Source: Antedon mediterranea (taxonomy: Eukaryota > Animalia > Echinodermata). Taken from it: DNA of 64,000 nt. Shown here one piece after another: positions 60,781-64,000 of the stretch. A program made the translations under genes and the position numbers. The first letter of the stretch is position 1, and each line of letters begins with the position of its first letter. The notes beneath the pieces are model-generated. The model made no database searches. It saw nothing but the letters and a program-made list of their open reading frames with translations, and had not been told where the DNA came from. The stretch is taken from NCBI RefSeq assembly GCF_964355755.1, contig NC_092672.1:24503237-24567236 (forward strand), in the 5' to 3' direction.

Positions 60781-62924
60781 TATTAGGCCTAGTTGTTTAA
60801 GGTTTTTTTTTAAATTGTTGTAATATTGTTTATGGGGCTGTCACGATAAATATGGTCCGGGGCCAAAATCGGTCCGGGCTTTTCTTCTGTCGATTTTAAT
60901 TGAATTACTAGGCCTATGATGCTGTTTTAAATTGTTTATGGCTATAAAAATATCCCATGATATATATTAGTAAGTTATCTTGTCGGATAAATACTATAAA
61001 TAAATGTATTTTATCTAAAAACATGACTTAGGTGTTCACTCATATTTCGGCCTGCCACACACTCACATGAACGGGTATGAGACGCTGATATTGCCAGCTA
61101 GATTTTATTTATGATTGAGGCCTTTTTCCTTTTCCTCAGCCTAATCAATATTGGATAATTTGTTTCTAATAATTGTATTGAATTGATATATTGATTGATT
61201 AACCATAAATAATTAATAAATTAAATTGTTTTTAACATCATGGGGAAACGAAGATGTTAAAAAAGAACAAAATGGATTAAAAACAGGCAGAGATACATAT
61301 TGTATACAAAAAGCCTAACAATTAGTACTTATTATTGATGAGTTACTACTAATAATGATAATAAAAAAACAGGCTTAATTTATAATATTAAAATAACAAA
61401 TAAAACCCCATAGTTTTCAATATAATGACTAATCATGGCCTTTTTTTTAATGATATATACATTATGACTCATATTGCGCACCATATATTTGTAAGACCGG
61501 ACCATATTTGGCGGCCAAAAACAGTCCTACTGCCCGGACGCGATTTTTTTTTCGTACATAAGTTGGGGACCCCCTCATGAAACGTCACAAAATAAACATG
61601 AATAATTCATCAGTTAAATTTTCTTGTTCCGTGTGCACCCAAGCGTATAGCAACAAGAAGTGATTACACAATTCTAGGCCTAATCTCCGCTGAGGGTACA
61701 GCTCAATCTTCTCACTCGAAACGGTAAAGAACGCAAAAATAAATGGACAAGAAATGGACAGAGCCATGTGGGGTCATTAAAACTGAATTGGACTGGGTCA
61801 TTAGATAATGAGGAAACTAGACAATTGGCCAATGGGACCCAAGAATCTAGGAGGTTGTTTTGAATACCGGCATACTAAAAACTGTCAATTTTAGGGGTTT
61901 ATCACATGATCGATGTATTAAATGAATAAAAATATTAAATTATAGAATAATAAGACTTAAATTTTTTGTTAAAAGTTGAGAAAGTCGACATTTTTTATCC
62001 AATTTTCGAAAAATCCTTGTACTACAGTACATGAATTTTGTTTTTTAAAACACGGTAAATTCGACTACAATATGTATGTTGTATTAATTGTTAGTTCTTT
62101 TAATATGACGAGACGTTTTTTGTTGTGTTTTTAGGGTGTGAACAATTGTCAATCAAAATTGTATATATATGTTAAATACTATGTAACTATTTAAAAAACC
62201 CACCCTGACTTCTGATTGGCCAACCATATTCCAAGTAGTTTGATAAGTTAGCCTTTTTCAAAAATTTAGACAAAATTACCGTTAACTTTGTCTGGGGCTT
62301 TTTTTCTAGGCCACATGGTATCATAGGATATGTGTAACTGTAAGAGGAGTAACTGAAGGTTACTGGATAATAACCTCTATAGTATGAGTTATTATCAAAA
62401 TATATTATTAGAATTGGTGGAATGAATTATTTGATTCACATCAAAATGAATTGTAGTGGAATTGCTCTTGAAATAAATATAAAATAGTTGAGAATTTACA
62501 CTACTAAGGAAATAGTCTTGACAAGAATATAGAATTCACCATTTAATGTACACTCAACTGCAAAAGTTTCCCCTCTGCTTTTTTTGTAAGGGCTTGGGAC
62601 CTTCAAATACAAAGTGCAATGAATGATATAATGTAAATTATAATGTAATAATTAAAACTGAATGTAATTTATAAAAATTACAAAATAATTTACAACATTA
62701 ATCATTGCTCTTTGGATTTGGCAGCATTAAAAACTTTTTTTTTTTATTATTATTATTAACTTTACTGCACATTCAGAATACCATTAGATATGGTGGCCCA
62801 ATGGCCAAATTGCATAAAATACAAATATTTTGTAAAAAGTGAATATAAAATCACAGAACAAATAAAAATTGAAGATATACGAAACAGTATAAAAACTATC
62901 CATGGCTACAACAATCATTTGGAA

Positions 62925-64000
62925 TCATTCTTTTTGCTGCTTTTTTTTCCTCTCTTGACGAAGGCGACGGATGGCAACCATAGCCGATTTCCATTCTTTA
63001 AAAGTCACATCAGATGTTGCAGCACAATACCAATTTCCATAGTACTGAGTGTGGTTCTTATTTAATCTTGGTTGCTTACACTTTGAGCACACAATCGCAG
63101 ACGTTCTTGGTTTGTATATTTTGATCGGTTTCCCTTCCGATATGTCTTTAGCCACTCGTTTTCTGTACAAGAGGGTAGTTCTAGGAATACGAGTACTGCT
63201 AGCCTCAGGGACTGACGGTGGTGGTTTTGCTATCTCGCCAGGAACTGGGATCGACGGTCTGTTTCCTAGAGTCGCTAGGCCGGAAGTGTTTTTTGGTAGG
63301 ACAAATGTGAAAGATGGAGCGCTTGTATGAACGTTTAGCACCGCTGGCTTGGTTAAAGGTTCAAGTAGGGTTTTATCAGAGACAAGTTTGGGTATTGTTG
63401 CCGAGATGCCAGATTCCAACACTTGCCGCTCTTGCTTCTTTGACGTTCTGTTGTACCTGTTGAAAATAAATCAAACACAGTATTTAAAAACTTTAATGTA
63501 TTTACTGTAGCGTAAAATAACAATCAATAACAAGTAAAAACTCACCACTGGATGAGTGTCGTACGATTTATCTCCATCAACTGAAGCTTAGCAAACAACA
63601 TCAGGTGTCCATTCGACAGCACTTTCCGACGAATGTTCTTGTAGCCTTTGGTAATGAGCGGCCAGCGCTGGAAACGTTTACCTTCGATAGATACGGTAGA
63701 TGGATACGCTTCACATAGTTTTGTAATAATGCACTCCATATATCGATTGCAGTCCGGCCACTGAGCTGGCCCGGTGTTCTGACCTAAGAAGCATCTTTTT
63801 TAAAAAAAACCGAAGAAACAAGTTAGATTTAAGACACATCATGCAACAAAGTAAAAAACGCTGGAAACTGCCTTACCGTCGAGTGCTTTCGACACCAGGT
63901 ATTACGGAAGTAGTTTTACTTTTCTTGAACCTGCCTTTCGTCAGGTAATCTTGATGCCGTGCTTTGCGCTTAATGGTTTTGTCATAAGCATCCAGGTTGT
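62925..64000 (-). CDS. 3' exons (63877..>64000, 63546..63794, 62925..63456) of a spliced protein resembling the C-terminus of DUF6729-type, probably transposon-encoded proteins
   Basis: GT-AG introns join LDAYDK..RHQDYLTKGRF..PGVESTRR|CFLGQNTGPAQWPDCNRYMECIITKLC..RW..LQLMEINRTTLIQW|YN..CSKCKQPR..HTQYYGNWYC; the family call is from memory of these motifs. Confidence 0.7.

Overview
AT-rich, intron-rich, TE-rich animal genomic DNA. The domain style suggests a marine invertebrate such as an echinoderm; that is inference. The main feature is one + strand gene, open at its 5' end, which I spliced by hand from 22 GT-AG exons (2073..42069, 3519 nt, about 1172 aa). It encodes a kinase-less ROCO GTPase: ankyrin repeats - death domain - Roc (split by a low-complexity insertion) - COR - S/T-rich linker - tandem DED-like domains. 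The introns and downstream flank hold many mobile elements: Harbinger-, hAT-, P-, Sola3- and pogo-like non-autonomous DNA elements, Helitron/Helentron-like elements, a tRNA-derived SINE, CR1/L2 LINE copies (one near full length with a degenerate 2A-like peptide and a PHD finger), a DIRS/Ngaro gag relic, and Penelope-type ends with minimal hammerhead ribozyme motifs. There are five young tandem arrays (74, 28, ~122, 107 and 63 bp units). One is an amplified MITE end and one duplicates the gene's own stop codon. A cluster of orphan intronless ORF relics (~49.7-52.6 kb, partly duplicated at 56.6-57.3 kb) and the 3' end of a spliced, probably transposon-borne gene on the - strand close the window. 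All calls are from reading the sequence; no searches were run.
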